From Pseudomonadota bacterium (GTDB lineage Bacteria > Pseudomonadota > Alphaproteobacteria > Micavibrionales > UBA2020): DNA of 60,866 bases. Of this stretch, positions 28,901 to 36,875 are shown piece after piece (the stretch's first letter is position 1; the number at the start of each line of letters is the position of its first letter). The notes beneath the pieces were generated by a model. It worked only from the letters and a program-made list of their open reading frames with translations. It was not told where the DNA came from and made no database searches. The stretch covers positions 1 to 60,866 of the forward strand of contig JAJZFS010000078.1 in NCBI GenBank assembly GCA_021805245.1. Direction: 5' to 3'. Both the position numbers and the translations under genes were made by a program.

Positions 28901-29080
28901 CCCGCCGAATAATTTCCTTTTGGCGCGGACATTCTCGACCAGTTGTCTGGCTGTGCCGTTAATGCGTGTTCTGGCGTTGTCGTCAAAGCGGATGGCGGCG
29001 AGATATTCTTTCACGGCGGCGTTTTCGTCGAGGTGATAGGCGTCGTTCATACGCGTCATCAAGGCGGAGAGATCATTCAT
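25970..29080 (-). CDS. putA: Bifunctional proline dehydrogenase / P5C dehydrogenase PutA (no RHH domain)
   Basis: DMLGEGA, RLVKGAYWD, FATHN, RRLLENGANSSF, ISPWNFP, AETGG, SAGQRCSA, REVFGP; start may be 29110. Confidence 0.97.
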   Translation of the reverse strand: MNDLSALMTRMNDAYHLDENAAVKEYLAAIRFDDNARTRINGTARQLVENVRAKRKLFGGLDSFLQEFGLTTKEGVALMCLAEALLRIPDKETADLLIRDKMSGADWNQHLGKGHDLFVNASTWALMLTGKVISDVEDEARGLIPRMGEPVIRRAMLHVMKIMGQQFVMGRTIEEGLSRGADAEKMGYRHSFDMLGEGARTMEDAERYFKNYAMAIDAIGKAANGRGVVMSPGISVKLSALHPRFEYAHRDVCVPALSAKILELARKCAGYGIGMTVDAEEAHRLEITLDIIGNVLPDPKLKDWEGFGLALQAYQKRAGRALDWLIGLIENSNRRMMLRLVKGAYWDSEIKYAQVNGLPGYPVFTRKNATDVAYLACAAKMMERRDILYPMFATHNAYTVAALIELAGKNKKDFEFQRLHGMGEPLYHQIVGLEDGKYPCRVYAPVGSHQDLLPYLVRRLLENGANSSFVNRLQNDKVPVEDIIADPVLYMEKLESKPHPKIPLPADIYGTARKNSKGLEFANTNVSAKFLQDVETFASQRYAVAPLINGMTKIGSSQKILSPVDNRREVGTVTMATKEDMKLALATAHDAFPAWDSAPADDRAACLERMADLMEENTAEFASLCVREAGKSLPDAIAEVREAVDFCRYYAVEGRAHFGAALTLPGPTGEANLLSFHGRGVFLCISPWNFPLAIFMGQVSAALMAGNAVIAKPAEQTCAIAQKAVELLYKAGIPRNVLSFVPAKGELAGEVMVADERITGVCFTGSTEVAQLINRTLASRKGAIATLIAETGGQNAMIVDSSALPEQIVDDVITSAFRSAGQRCSALRVLFVPEDIAGKVITMLDGACRELVLGDPAKLSTDIGPVIDKDALSILEEHAARMDREATPLAKVTMPEGCKNGTFFAPRAYEIASLDVLKREVFGPILHIIRYKAGEIDSVIDQINATGYGLTFGIHTRIDHQMRSACARVNAGNCYVNRTIIGAVVGVQPFGGQGLSGTGPKAGGPHYLFRFATEKSVSINTTASGGNTTLVSLAEV

Positions 29081-29298
29081 GGCTGGCTGCTCTTTTCCTG
29101 CATGTTTCATGGGAAACCTCATTTTTTGCGGTGCGGGTTGTTTGTATTTATACTCCCTTTATTTGGCTTTGACCATGGTATGATTATGTAAATAAATGTA
29201 CTATTCTTACGTGGATTTCATAAAAAAGTTTGCTTATTTATAAATACTTGTGCTATATTTTATGCAAACTTAATTTACGAAAAATAAGAAGAAATACA

Positions 29299-30264
29299 AT
29301 GAAGAAGCCATCTCGATCAAAACCGCAACCGCATGACAAAAATGCGCGGGAATTGCAGAAAATGACCTTTTCCGGTTATTTGCAGCAATTGTTCGGGAAG
29401 ACGTCTGCGGATAACGTGCTGGAGGTCTTCGACCGCCTTGGCCTGCCTGCGCCGCGCAGCGGCAAGGAGTTTCTGGCGGGCGCGGAGGGCGGCCTTGTGT
29501 TTCTCAATCAATACGGGCTGGTCATACGCATCGAGCATTCCGACCCTGAAAACGGCCGTTTTGGCTGGAGCAGGGTGGATGACAGCGGATGGGTTCTGCG
29601 CCCGCTGGCGGGAATCGAGGCCGGCCATGCGCATGTGGAAATCTGCCCCGGCTGCAACCTCGAGCAAGACGCGCGGAAAATCGATTATCTGAAGAAACGC
29701 CTGGAGGAGCAGCGTATCGATTTCTGGGACAGGTGGCTGGTGAATATCGGCCGTGTTCCCGTCTGCACGGAGCGGTTTCCCGAGGGCATGCCGGTCGTGA
29801 TCGACAGGCTGGCCGTCTGTGCGCTGACGGAAAGCGCGGAGCCTGTTGCCAAGGCGCTGGCGCAGGAGGCGCAGGATGCAGCGGAGGTGCAGGAGACTTT
29901 ATATGCGCCGCTGCGTGCGGCGCTGGATGAGGCCTGGCCGGATAAAGAGGGACCGGCGGACGCCAAGAAGATGCAGACGTTCTGGAAGCTGTGCGCGCAG
30001 TATGTGGCTGACGGCAAAATGGTCGCGGGCTGGAATCAGGCCGAGATCGGCGTTTATTACAAAACGGACATCGTTATAAACGTGGCGAAGACCTATGGCG
30101 CACGCCTCATGTATAAGGCCCACAAGCTGATCGGAGAAACGCCTCCTGCCACGCTGGGCAGCCGTTTTGGGGAAAAGGCGCAGCCGGAAGAACAGGACAA
30201 CATGCCGTCCGGCGGCCATATGGCTTCAAAGCACGGAGACGGCGGCAAGCGTCCGAAACCGTAA
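29299..30264 (+). CDS. Hypothetical protein with minimal protein-kinase-like motifs and a basic C-terminus
   Basis: FLAGAEGGLVF, LVIRI, VEICPG, FWDRWLVNIG (D-x4-N), PVVID; AT-rich upstream region. Confidence 0.6.
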   Translation: MKKPSRSKPQPHDKNARELQKMTFSGYLQQLFGKTSADNVLEVFDRLGLPAPRSGKEFLAGAEGGLVFLNQYGLVIRIEHSDPENGRFGWSRVDDSGWVLRPLAGIEAGHAHVEICPGCNLEQDARKIDYLKKRLEEQRIDFWDRWLVNIGRVPVCTERFPEGMPVVIDRLAVCALTESAEPVAKALAQEAQDAAEVQETLYAPLRAALDEAWPDKEGPADAKKMQTFWKLCAQYVADGKMVAGWNQAEIGVYYKTDIVINVAKTYGARLMYKAHKLIGETPPATLGSRFGEKAQPEEQDNMPSGGHMASKHGDGGKRPKP

Positions 30265-30270
30265 CGGTCT

Positions 30271-30744
30271 TCAGTTCATTTTTTGCGGGAGGTCTTTGAT
30301 CGCCTGGTCGACCAGCTTGTCGCCGTGTTTGGCCATGGCGCCGGTCAGCAGGTGTTCCGCAGCCGCAGCGGCGATGTCTGCCGCCTGATGGCGCAGGTCC
30401 TGCACGGCGGCGGCCTCTGCACGGGAGATGCGTTCCATCAGCATCGTTTCGTGCCGTTTCAGGCTGTCTGCGATATCCTGCTCGACCTTCTTTTTCATCA
30501 CACTGACGGTTTCTTCCGCGTTTTCGATGATCTTTTTCGCGGTTTCGACGGCATCGTCTTGCTTCTTTTTGTAATCGGCAAGGAGCTGTTCCGCTTCGGC
30601 TTTCAGGCGTTCGGCTTCTTCAAGATCTGCCTTGATGCGCGCGGTGCGGTTATCGAGCGCGTCGAGCAGGGGCTTCCTGCCTTTTGCCCAGAGGGCGCCC
30701 CAGACCAGAAGCGCCGAAAACAGGATCCATATTTCCGGGTTCAT
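30271..30744 (-). CDS. atpF: F0F1 ATP synthase subunit b
   Basis: N-terminal TM, LD.R..RI..DLEEAE, coiled coil; operon position. Confidence 0.9.
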   Translation of the reverse strand: MNPEIWILFSALLVWGALWAKGRKPLLDALDNRTARIKADLEEAERLKAEAEQLLADYKKKQDDAVETAKKIIENAEETVSVMKKKVEQDIADSLKRHETMLMERISRAEAAAVQDLRHQAADIAAAAAEHLLTGAMAKHGDKLVDQAIKDLPQKMN

Positions 30745-31334
30745 GCCGCATGCTCCTTCAGGGCTGTTTCGACCGCGCGCTTTGCGTCCGCTTCGTCGAC
30801 GCTCAGATTGGCGACCTTTTGCGTGATGTCGGCGGCGATGCCGGTCGCGATCTCGGTCATGGAGCCGAGCGCTTCCGTTTTCGCCTTGGCGATGTTGCGT
30901 TCCGTATCGGCCAGACGCTTGCGGGCTTTTTCGGCGAAGGCCGATTGCTCTTGCGCGGCTTTGGCGCTTGCGTCGCGCGCTGCGGCGGCCATGGCTGTGG
31001 CGGCCTTTTTCTGCGCTTCGGCAAGAGATTTCTCGTACGCCTTTTTGACCTTTTCCGCTTCGTCGTTGAACTGGCCCGCCTTGTCGAGGTTGCTGTCCTT
31101 GTGGGCTTGGCGGCGGTCAAGCGTCTCCCGTACGCGGGGCAGGGAGATTGCCGCCATCACGACATAGATCAGGGCGAAGCTGACAGCCAGCCAGAAAATC
31201 TGGCCCGGATAGGTGCTGGCGTCCATCTGCGGCAAGCCGCCGCCCCCGCCGGCACCGCCATCACTGGCGAACGCCTGCGCGGCAGGGAGCAAGCCGGCCG
31301 TGACCGACAGCGCTATGAAGGCCGTACGCTTCAT
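30741..31334 (-). CDS. F0F1 ATP synthase subunit b'
   Basis: GLPQMD.STYPGQIFWL..SF..IY, the alphaproteobacterial b' pattern. Confidence 0.9.
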   Translation of the reverse strand: MKRTAFIALSVTAGLLPAAQAFASDGGAGGGGGLPQMDASTYPGQIFWLAVSFALIYVVMAAISLPRVRETLDRRQAHKDSNLDKAGQFNDEAEKVKKAYEKSLAEAQKKAATAMAAAARDASAKAAQEQSAFAEKARKRLADTERNIAKAKTEALGSMTEIATGIAADITQKVANLSVDEADAKRAVETALKEHAA

Positions 31335-31345
31335 CTTCCCGGCCT

Positions 31346-31576
31346 TTACTTGATGCCGTAGACGACGAAGAACGCCATGCCGAGCGCGTAAATGGCGATG
31401 GATTCGATCAGCGCGAAGTAAAGGATGACGTCCTTTTTGATGAGGGGCGCGGCGGAAGGATTGCGGCCCAGCGCGGTAACGACGTTACCGAACAGGATGC
31501 CGAGACCGACCCCGGAACCGAGAACGCCGACGGCTGCGATGCCCGCGGCGAGAATTTTTGCTACTTGTACGTCCAT
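31346..31576 (-). CDS. atpE: F0F1 ATP synthase subunit c
   Basis: G-rich helix, RNP loop, essential Glu in ALIES; AGGAG RBS before ATG 31576. Confidence 0.95.
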   Translation of the reverse strand: MDVQVAKILAAGIAAVGVLGSGVGLGILFGNVVTALGRNPSAAPLIKKDVILYFALIESIAIYALGMAFFVVYGIK

Positions 31577-31604
31577 GATAGTTCTCCTTTTTGGTTGTTT
31601 TTCT

Positions 31605-32351
31605 TTAGTGTAATTCCACACCGTCCTTGAGGTAAACGCAGGTCAGGACGGCGAAGACGTGGGCCTGAATGAGCGCGACCAGGCATTCCAGCGCCATCAG
31701 CAGCGTGTTGACGCTGAAGGTGACGGCGGTGAACAATTTCATGCCGATGCCGAGGGCGATCATCGTGACGCAGAAGCCGCCGATCAGGCGCATCAGCATG
31801 TGTCCCATGACCATGTTGAGGCAAAGACGTATCGAGAGACTGACGGGGCGCGACAGGTAGGAGATGATTTCGACCGGAATGATGAAGGGCGCCATCACGA
31901 TCGGCGTTCCCTTGGGGAAAAACAGGGAGAAGAAATGCAGGCCGTGCTTGGCAAAGCCGAGCAGCGTCGCGAAGCCGACGACCAGCGCCGCCAGCGCGCC
32001 GGTGACGATGATCTGGCTGGTGTAGGTATAGGCAAAGGGAATGAGCCCGAAAAGATTGCCCATCAGCACCACCATGAACACCGTGAAGACGAAGGGAAAA
32101 TATTTCCGCGCCTCGTCATTCAAATATTCTTTGGTGAGGCCGAAAATGCTCTCATAGAGAATTTCGCTGACGTTTTGCCAGCGGCCGGGAACCAGCGCCT
32201 TGCGGCGGACGCTCAACGTCATGAGCGCGATCGTCAGCAACGCGCCGGCGATCATGAACGCCGAGGATTGCGTGAAAGGTATGTTCAGAGATCCGGCATG
32301 CAGCGGAACGAGGGTCTTGAGGCTAAACTGCTCGAGAATATTATCTGACAA
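31605..32351 (-). CDS. atpB: F0F1 ATP synthase subunit a
   Basis: VPGRWQ, NLFGLIP, RPVSLSIRL..NM..GH, IQA.VF; TTG start. Confidence 0.95.
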   Translation of the reverse strand: MSDNILEQFSLKTLVPLHAGSLNIPFTQSSAFMIAGALLTIALMTLSVRRKALVPGRWQNVSEILYESIFGLTKEYLNDEARKYFPFVFTVFMVVLMGNLFGLIPFAYTYTSQIIVTGALAALVVGFATLLGFAKHGLHFFSLFFPKGTPIVMAPFIIPVEIISYLSRPVSLSIRLCLNMVMGHMLMRLIGGFCVTMIALGIGMKLFTAVTFSVNTLLMALECLVALIQAHVFAVLTCVYLKDGVELH

Positions 32352-32362
32352 AATATTAATCC

Positions 32363-32707
32363 CTAACTGCGGTCCTTGGTTGTATCTTCGGCCTTTTCCG
32401 GCTCTTTTTTGCTCTTTTTGTCTTCGTTCGCAGTTTCCTGCGTTTGCAGTCTTTGCATCCTCATAACGCCGGAGACGAAGCCTAAAAACAGAAAGGCAAT
32501 CATCCCGAAAGGTTGGATGCCAAGCCAGCGGTCAATCCAATACCCTAAAAATACGCCAACCGCAATAGAAGCGATGAAGTCCGTTCCCATGCGCAGCCCG
32601 GCATTGCTTTCCATCGACATGCCCGATTTGGGCAGGGGAGATTCCGCCGGCGGCCTGTCTTTGGCTTCCTTGATTTTGCGGGCGAGTTCCTCTGGAGACT
32701 GGCTCAT
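32363..32707 (-). CDS. atpI: AtpZ/AtpI family protein
   Basis: Two TMs with GYWIDRWLG..P; first gene of the F0 operon. Confidence 0.85.
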   Translation of the reverse strand: MSQSPEELARKIKEAKDRPPAESPLPKSGMSMESNAGLRMGTDFIASIAVGVFLGYWIDRWLGIQPFGMIAFLFLGFVSGVMRMQRLQTQETANEDKKSKKEPEKAEDTTKDRS

Positions 32708-32755
32708 ATGGTACTCTTGCGGCTCGGCACTTCGGTTGCTTGGACAGGCGCCCGC

Positions 32756-32784
32756 AACCTACAAATAGCGGCTTGAATTGTCAA
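32756..32784 (-). promoter_or_regulatory. Sigma70 promoter of the F0 operon
   Basis: Minus strand TTGACA-N17-TAGGTT. Confidence 0.65.
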
Positions 32785-32842
32785 TAAAATTTATAGCGGA
32801 GCGGATGTGCGGCAGATGGGGTCGCTCTTGTGTTATGGATAT

Positions 32843-33418
32843 TTAAAAGCTGACGCCCGTCGTACGCTGCAGGAGGACGTTGAAGAGCGATTTGTCCTCG
32901 TACTGGTTGACGTCCTGATTGCCGTCGATCTCGGCCTGCAGCAGCTTGCCATGATCGAAGATCAGCACGAGCTTGAGGACGTATCCCGTCTTGTTAACGC
33001 GCAGCGAGCCGAATCCCAGCGAGCCGCTGTCGTTGAGATTGGAGTAGGGCAGATAATAGCCGGTATATTTCATAAGCTGATGTCTGAATTTATCCAGTTG
33101 CGCGGGCGATCCTTGCACGATCGAGTTGCCGTAGAGGCTGGTTTGCACTTCGGGCAGGCTCATGCGCGAGAATTTATCCTTTGATATGGAGATTTCCTTG
33201 AAGACAGCGGCTTCGGTCATGCCGGGATGAAGCTCGGCGGCGCGCTGTTCCATATCCTCTTTACTTTTGAAGAGATTCGAATTGATGTGCTGGTCACCGA
33301 CCGGGATGCAGGAGGTCAAAGCAAGTACAAGAATAGCGGCGGCAAATACTCTGATTTTATTGAATAGAATCCTTGCCTCTTTATTTGTAGAACATACGTT
33401 TACGGTTTGTTCCCGCAT
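32843..33418 (-). CDS. Hypothetical lipoprotein
   Basis: Hydrophobic stretch ending in an LTSC lipobox; LHPGMTEAAV resembles an SmpA/OmlA-type start; exact start uncertain. Confidence 0.65.
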   Translation of the reverse strand: MREQTVNVCSTNKEARILFNKIRVFAAAILVLALTSCIPVGDQHINSNLFKSKEDMEQRAAELHPGMTEAAVFKEISISKDKFSRMSLPEVQTSLYGNSIVQGSPAQLDKFRHQLMKYTGYYLPYSNLNDSGSLGFGSLRVNKTGYVLKLVLIFDHGKLLQAEIDGNQDVNQYEDKSLFNVLLQRTTGVSF

Positions 33419-33469
33419 ACTCCCTCACTAAAAAACCTGTGGGTACAACTATAATATGACATAATAACA

Positions 33470-33485
33470 TTAATATGCCATTAAC
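33470..33485 (+). promoter_or_regulatory. Consensus CtrA box
   Basis: TTAA-TATGCCA-TTAAC in the lipoprotein / EamA divergent intergenic region. Confidence 0.55.
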
Positions 33486-33626
33486 GGGTAATTATCCGTA
33501 CGATATCAATGCTATAGAAAATATATTTCAGATCGCGTAAAGTCAAAAAAGTGCTTTAGGCGCACCGCATCTATCCATAAAATTGCTGCGGCGCAATATC
33601 GTTTTTGAGTCAATGAGGCTTTGGAA

Positions 33627-34076
33627 ATGTTGTCGTCGCAAACCCCCTGGGTTTATCCGTCCATGCTGGCGGTCGCGCTCTGGGGCGTGTCGGCGTTTCT
33701 GCCGAAGCTGGCTTTGCGGCAGTTGCCGCCGTTGCACATGACGGTTTACTCCAATTGTTTTTTCCTGCTGGGCTGCGTTGCGTTGCAGGCGTTTTACGGC
33801 TTCCATGTGCAGTTCAACGCGCACGGCGTGCTATTGGCTGTGCTTGTGGGGGTCACCGGCACATTGGCGCAGATTCTCTATTATATTTCCCTGCGCACGA
33901 ACTCTCTGACATACAACGTCGTGATCACCTCGCTCTATCCGGTCGTGGCGACGCTGCTGGCCTATTTGTTTCTCGGTGAAACGCTGAGCGCGCGTCAGGC
34001 GGCGGGCGTGGCGCTCGGTATTTTGTCCCTTTTGCTGATGGTGAAGGCGCGTGATCGCAAAACTGAAGGCACATAG
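33627..34076 (+). CDS. Single-domain EamA/DMT transporter
   Basis: LWGV..FLPK, ITSLYPVV..LL...FLGE.L; five predicted TMs. Confidence 0.88.
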   Translation: MLSSQTPWVYPSMLAVALWGVSAFLPKLALRQLPPLHMTVYSNCFFLLGCVALQAFYGFHVQFNAHGVLLAVLVGVTGTLAQILYYISLRTNSLTYNVVITSLYPVVATLLAYLFLGETLSARQAAGVALGILSLLLMVKARDRKTEGT

Positions 34077-34479
34077 CGGCTTTCTGCTGCCGCTGGCGGC
34101 GCTGGTATTGTGGGGGGTCTGGTCGTTTCTTCCCAAGATGGCGATGCAGTCGATGCAGCCGAACAGCGTCCTTTTATACGAAGCCGCGGGCGGCGTGATG
34201 GTCGCGCTGCCGCTGCTGTTGTTCATCAAGGGCGGCCTGTCGCGGAATAAAAAAGGCATCAGCCTCGTTCTCTTCGGCAGCAGCCTCAGTATCGTCGCGA
34301 TCTTTTGCTATTACATCGCGCTGCGGGGCGGTCCGGTCGCGACGGTGGCGACCATCACGGCGATGTATCCCGTCGTCGGCGTGGCGCTGGCGCGGATCTT
34401 CCTCAAGGAAAAGCTGACCCGCTGGCAGTGGGTTGCGGCGCTGCTGGCGATGGTTTCCGTGTACCTGCTGGCGGGTTAG
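34051..34479 (+). CDS. Single-domain EamA/DMT transporter (paralog)
   Basis: LWGVWSFLPK, ITAMYPVV...LARIFLKEKL. Confidence 0.88.
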   Translation: MIAKLKAHSGFLLPLAALVLWGVWSFLPKMAMQSMQPNSVLLYEAAGGVMVALPLLLFIKGGLSRNKKGISLVLFGSSLSIVAIFCYYIALRGGPVATVATITAMYPVVGVALARIFLKEKLTRWQWVAALLAMVSVYLLAG

Positions 34480-35309
34480 GCGGCCTTATCCCATTTCGGC
34501 GCGATGCCTGCGGGGTTGACGATGCGGCCGTCCGGACGGGCGAGGGCGAAGATCTCGTTCATCTCCCCGTCGCTTAAGGCGAAGTCGAAAATGTCGAAAT
34601 TCTCGCGGATGTGTTTCTCGCTGCCGGCCTTGGGGATGGCGGCGACGCGCTCTTGCTGGATAAGCCAGCGCAGCGCGACCTGACCCGTCGTCTTGCCGTG
34701 GGCTTTGGCGATTTTGCCGAGCACGGGGTCGCCCGCGATCTTGCCTTGCGCCAGCGGGCAGTAGGCGGTGAGGAACATCCCGTGCGCGCGGATGTAATCG
34801 AGCAGCGGTTTTTGCGAGAGATACGGGTGATATTCCACCTGATTGGCGGCGAGGGGCGCACCGATCTTCTCGACCACTTCCTTCATTTGGGGAATGGTGT
34901 AATTGGAAATGCCGATCAATTTGGCTTTTCCGGCGTCTTTCACGGACTGCAGCGCTTTCATCTGCTCGGCGAAGGGCGCGGGCGACGACGGCCAGTGGAT
35001 GAGCAGCAGATCGACGTAATCCGTCTTGAGCTTTTTCAGGCTTTCGTCGAAGGATTTTTGCAGTTTGCCTTCGGCGGCGTTGTCCGGCCAGATTTTGGTG
35101 GTGAGGAAGATGTCTTTGCGTTTCACGCCGCTCGCCGCGATGGCCGTGCCGATGTCGGCTTCGTTGTTGTAGAACTGCGCCGTGTCGATATGGCGGTAGC
35201 CGACCTCGAGCGCTTTGGAAACGGCGGTCTGGCAGGCGTCGCCGGTCAGCTTGTAGGTGCCGAAGCCGAGGGCGGGGATTTGCGTGTCTTGTGCCGTGAT
35301 GGTGATCAT
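34476..35309 (-). CDS. Aldo/keto reductase (DkgB-like)
   Basis: GYRHIDTAQFY, DLLLIHWP, IGISN, NQVEYHP, AIPK. Confidence 0.94.
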   Translation of the reverse strand: MITITAQDTQIPALGFGTYKLTGDACQTAVSKALEVGYRHIDTAQFYNNEADIGTAIAASGVKRKDIFLTTKIWPDNAAEGKLQKSFDESLKKLKTDYVDLLLIHWPSSPAPFAEQMKALQSVKDAGKAKLIGISNYTIPQMKEVVEKIGAPLAANQVEYHPYLSQKPLLDYIRAHGMFLTAYCPLAQGKIAGDPVLGKIAKAHGKTTGQVALRWLIQQERVAAIPKAGSEKHIRENFDIFDFALSDGEMNEIFALARPDGRIVNPAGIAPKWDKAA

Positions 35310-35327
35310 GTCTTTCTCCTGAAATCT

Positions 35328-35729
35328 CTATTCCGTCGTTTTGCCGTCGAAGTGTTCGTGATTGGCTTCGGCGTCGTCTTTGGTTTTGTGGATCGTGCCG
35401 TCGATATGCTCGGGCGGGCCGTAGATGGTGTAAAGGTGCAAAGGTTCGGTGCCGGTGTTGATGACGTTATGCTCTGCGCCCTGCGGAACGATCACCGCGT
35501 CGTCGGGGCCCACTTTGTGGCGGGCGCCGTCGATCCACACTTCGCCTTCGCCTTTTTCGATGCGGAAGAACTGGTCGCGGTCGTCATGCACCTCCGCGCC
35601 GATATCGCATCCGGCGGGCAGGGTCATCAGGACGAGCTGGAGGTTATGCCCCGTGTAGAGCACGCGGCGGAAATCCGTGTTGTCCTCGGTCAGTTTTTCG
35701 ATATTTCTGCAGAAGCCTTTCATGTGCAT
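35328..35729 (-). CDS. Cupin domain protein
   Basis: IGAEVH..DQFF..E.G and VPQG..HNVIN.G..PL.LYTIY.PPEH. Confidence 0.92.
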   Translation of the reverse strand: MHMKGFCRNIEKLTEDNTDFRRVLYTGHNLQLVLMTLPAGCDIGAEVHDDRDQFFRIEKGEGEVWIDGARHKVGPDDAVIVPQGAEHNVINTGTEPLHLYTIYGPPEHIDGTIHKTKDDAEANHEHFDGKTTE

Positions 35730-35791
35730 GCCTTTCCTTCAATGTCGCCATTTATAATAGCTATACATTTCGGGCGGGCAAGGCAAAAGGG

Positions 35792-35977
35792 CTATACGAT
35801 GATGTCTAAAAGGATGCCGACTTTATAACTTTTGCACACATACGTATCTTTGGTGACGGGGGATTGCCAATAACTGACCGTATCCGGCGCGCCGCTCGGC
35901 TTCACCTTGACGATGACCAGCGAGGTGCGCTGTTGTCTCATCAGAAAATTGTTGGCAGGCGGCGGCAATATTTTCAT
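35792..35977 (-). CDS. Small hypothetical protein (61 aa)
   Basis: ATG preceded by AGGAG; fills an otherwise empty gap on the same strand as its neighbours. Confidence 0.5.
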   Translation of the reverse strand: MKILPPPANNFLMRQQRTSLVIVKVKPSGAPDTVSYWQSPVTKDTYVCKSYKVGILLDIIV

Positions 35978-36107
35978 GGCTTCTCCTGCAAACAGGAAAA
36001 GCGATTGCGGCCTTTTGCGCTTTGACGGGTATCAATGGCGCGATTTTATGCTGGGGGAATGTGCCGGAAGAAGAACGTTTTGCGATTTATTATAGAGTGA
36101 GATGTTA

Positions 36108-36869
36108 TTATATTGCTTGATATGCGGCTTCAAGAGATTTTTGTATATTTTCATACGCATCATAGAATTTAAAGTAAATATCACTGTCGAGATTTATACT
36201 TACTACTAATCCTAAATAATGAGACGGGTCTTTATTGCCGCCCCCTGTTAAATAATGCATTCCCTTGCAATCCCTTCCTAATATAATTGCAGTGGAAATA
36301 TCTCGTTCACTGATGCCTAATTTTCTTTGTAAAGTTTTAGCTGATACGCTTGTTATATGAGGATTGTAATTTATTAGTTGCTTTATATAGCGGATAATAA
36401 CATCAAGCTGTTCTGGGATATGTGTCTTGAGGTCGGCATTATATATTCCGAATAATGTTATGACGTTATCTTCTGATGTTCCTATAGATGGATTTTTAAG
36501 CTTTATTAAACGGTGATCTATATTTTTATAATCAAAGGCTTCAGAAATCCCCTCACTTTTTACAAGATCCTTTTTGAGGACATGTGCGGGGATTTGTTCT
36601 CCTCTAAGAAAAGCCTGATATACTGTATCAAACCATGTTTGTTGATCTTGCGTTAAAGATATTTTTGGCAGGGTTATATAATTTTTGCCTGTATATTTAA
36701 CATCTGGTTTTGGAAAGTTTCTTTCAAGAAAGCAGGCCTTTGTCTCGTTAAATTTTCGTATAGTAAGTTTTTTGAAATGGCGTCCTTTCTCATAGAGAAA
36801 AGAAATGATAATGGTCGTGATTAAACCATTTATTACTCCCCATAAAATTTTATTTTCTAGAGTGTTCAT
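36108..36869 (-). CDS. AT-rich hypothetical protein with N-terminal TM and a possible winged-helix segment
   Basis: 253-aa ORF with markedly AT-rich codons starting 6 bp after the polA stop; VSAKTLQRKLGISERDISTAI. Confidence 0.7.
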   Translation of the reverse strand: MNTLENKILWGVINGLITTIIISFLYEKGRHFKKLTIRKFNETKACFLERNFPKPDVKYTGKNYITLPKISLTQDQQTWFDTVYQAFLRGEQIPAHVLKKDLVKSEGISEAFDYKNIDHRLIKLKNPSIGTSEDNVITLFGIYNADLKTHIPEQLDVIIRYIKQLINYNPHITSVSAKTLQRKLGISERDISTAIILGRDCKGMHYLTGGGNKDPSHYLGLVVSINLDSDIYFKFYDAYENIQKSLEAAYQAI

Positions 36870-36875
36870 TAATCT

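Noticed and set aside
25967-28912. 981-aa + strand ORF; similarly 4961-7414, 21299-22750, 52673-54913 and 57329-58990
   Set aside because: Antisense shadows of putA, valS, ctpA, infB and the DUF2336 gene caused by codon bias
31346-31576. Possible Na+-coupled ATP synthase (c subunit ES..Y)
   Set aside because: The Na+ signature also needs Gln/Glu in helix 1 and Thr after ES; here they are Leu (GVGLG) and Ile, so H+ coupling is more likely
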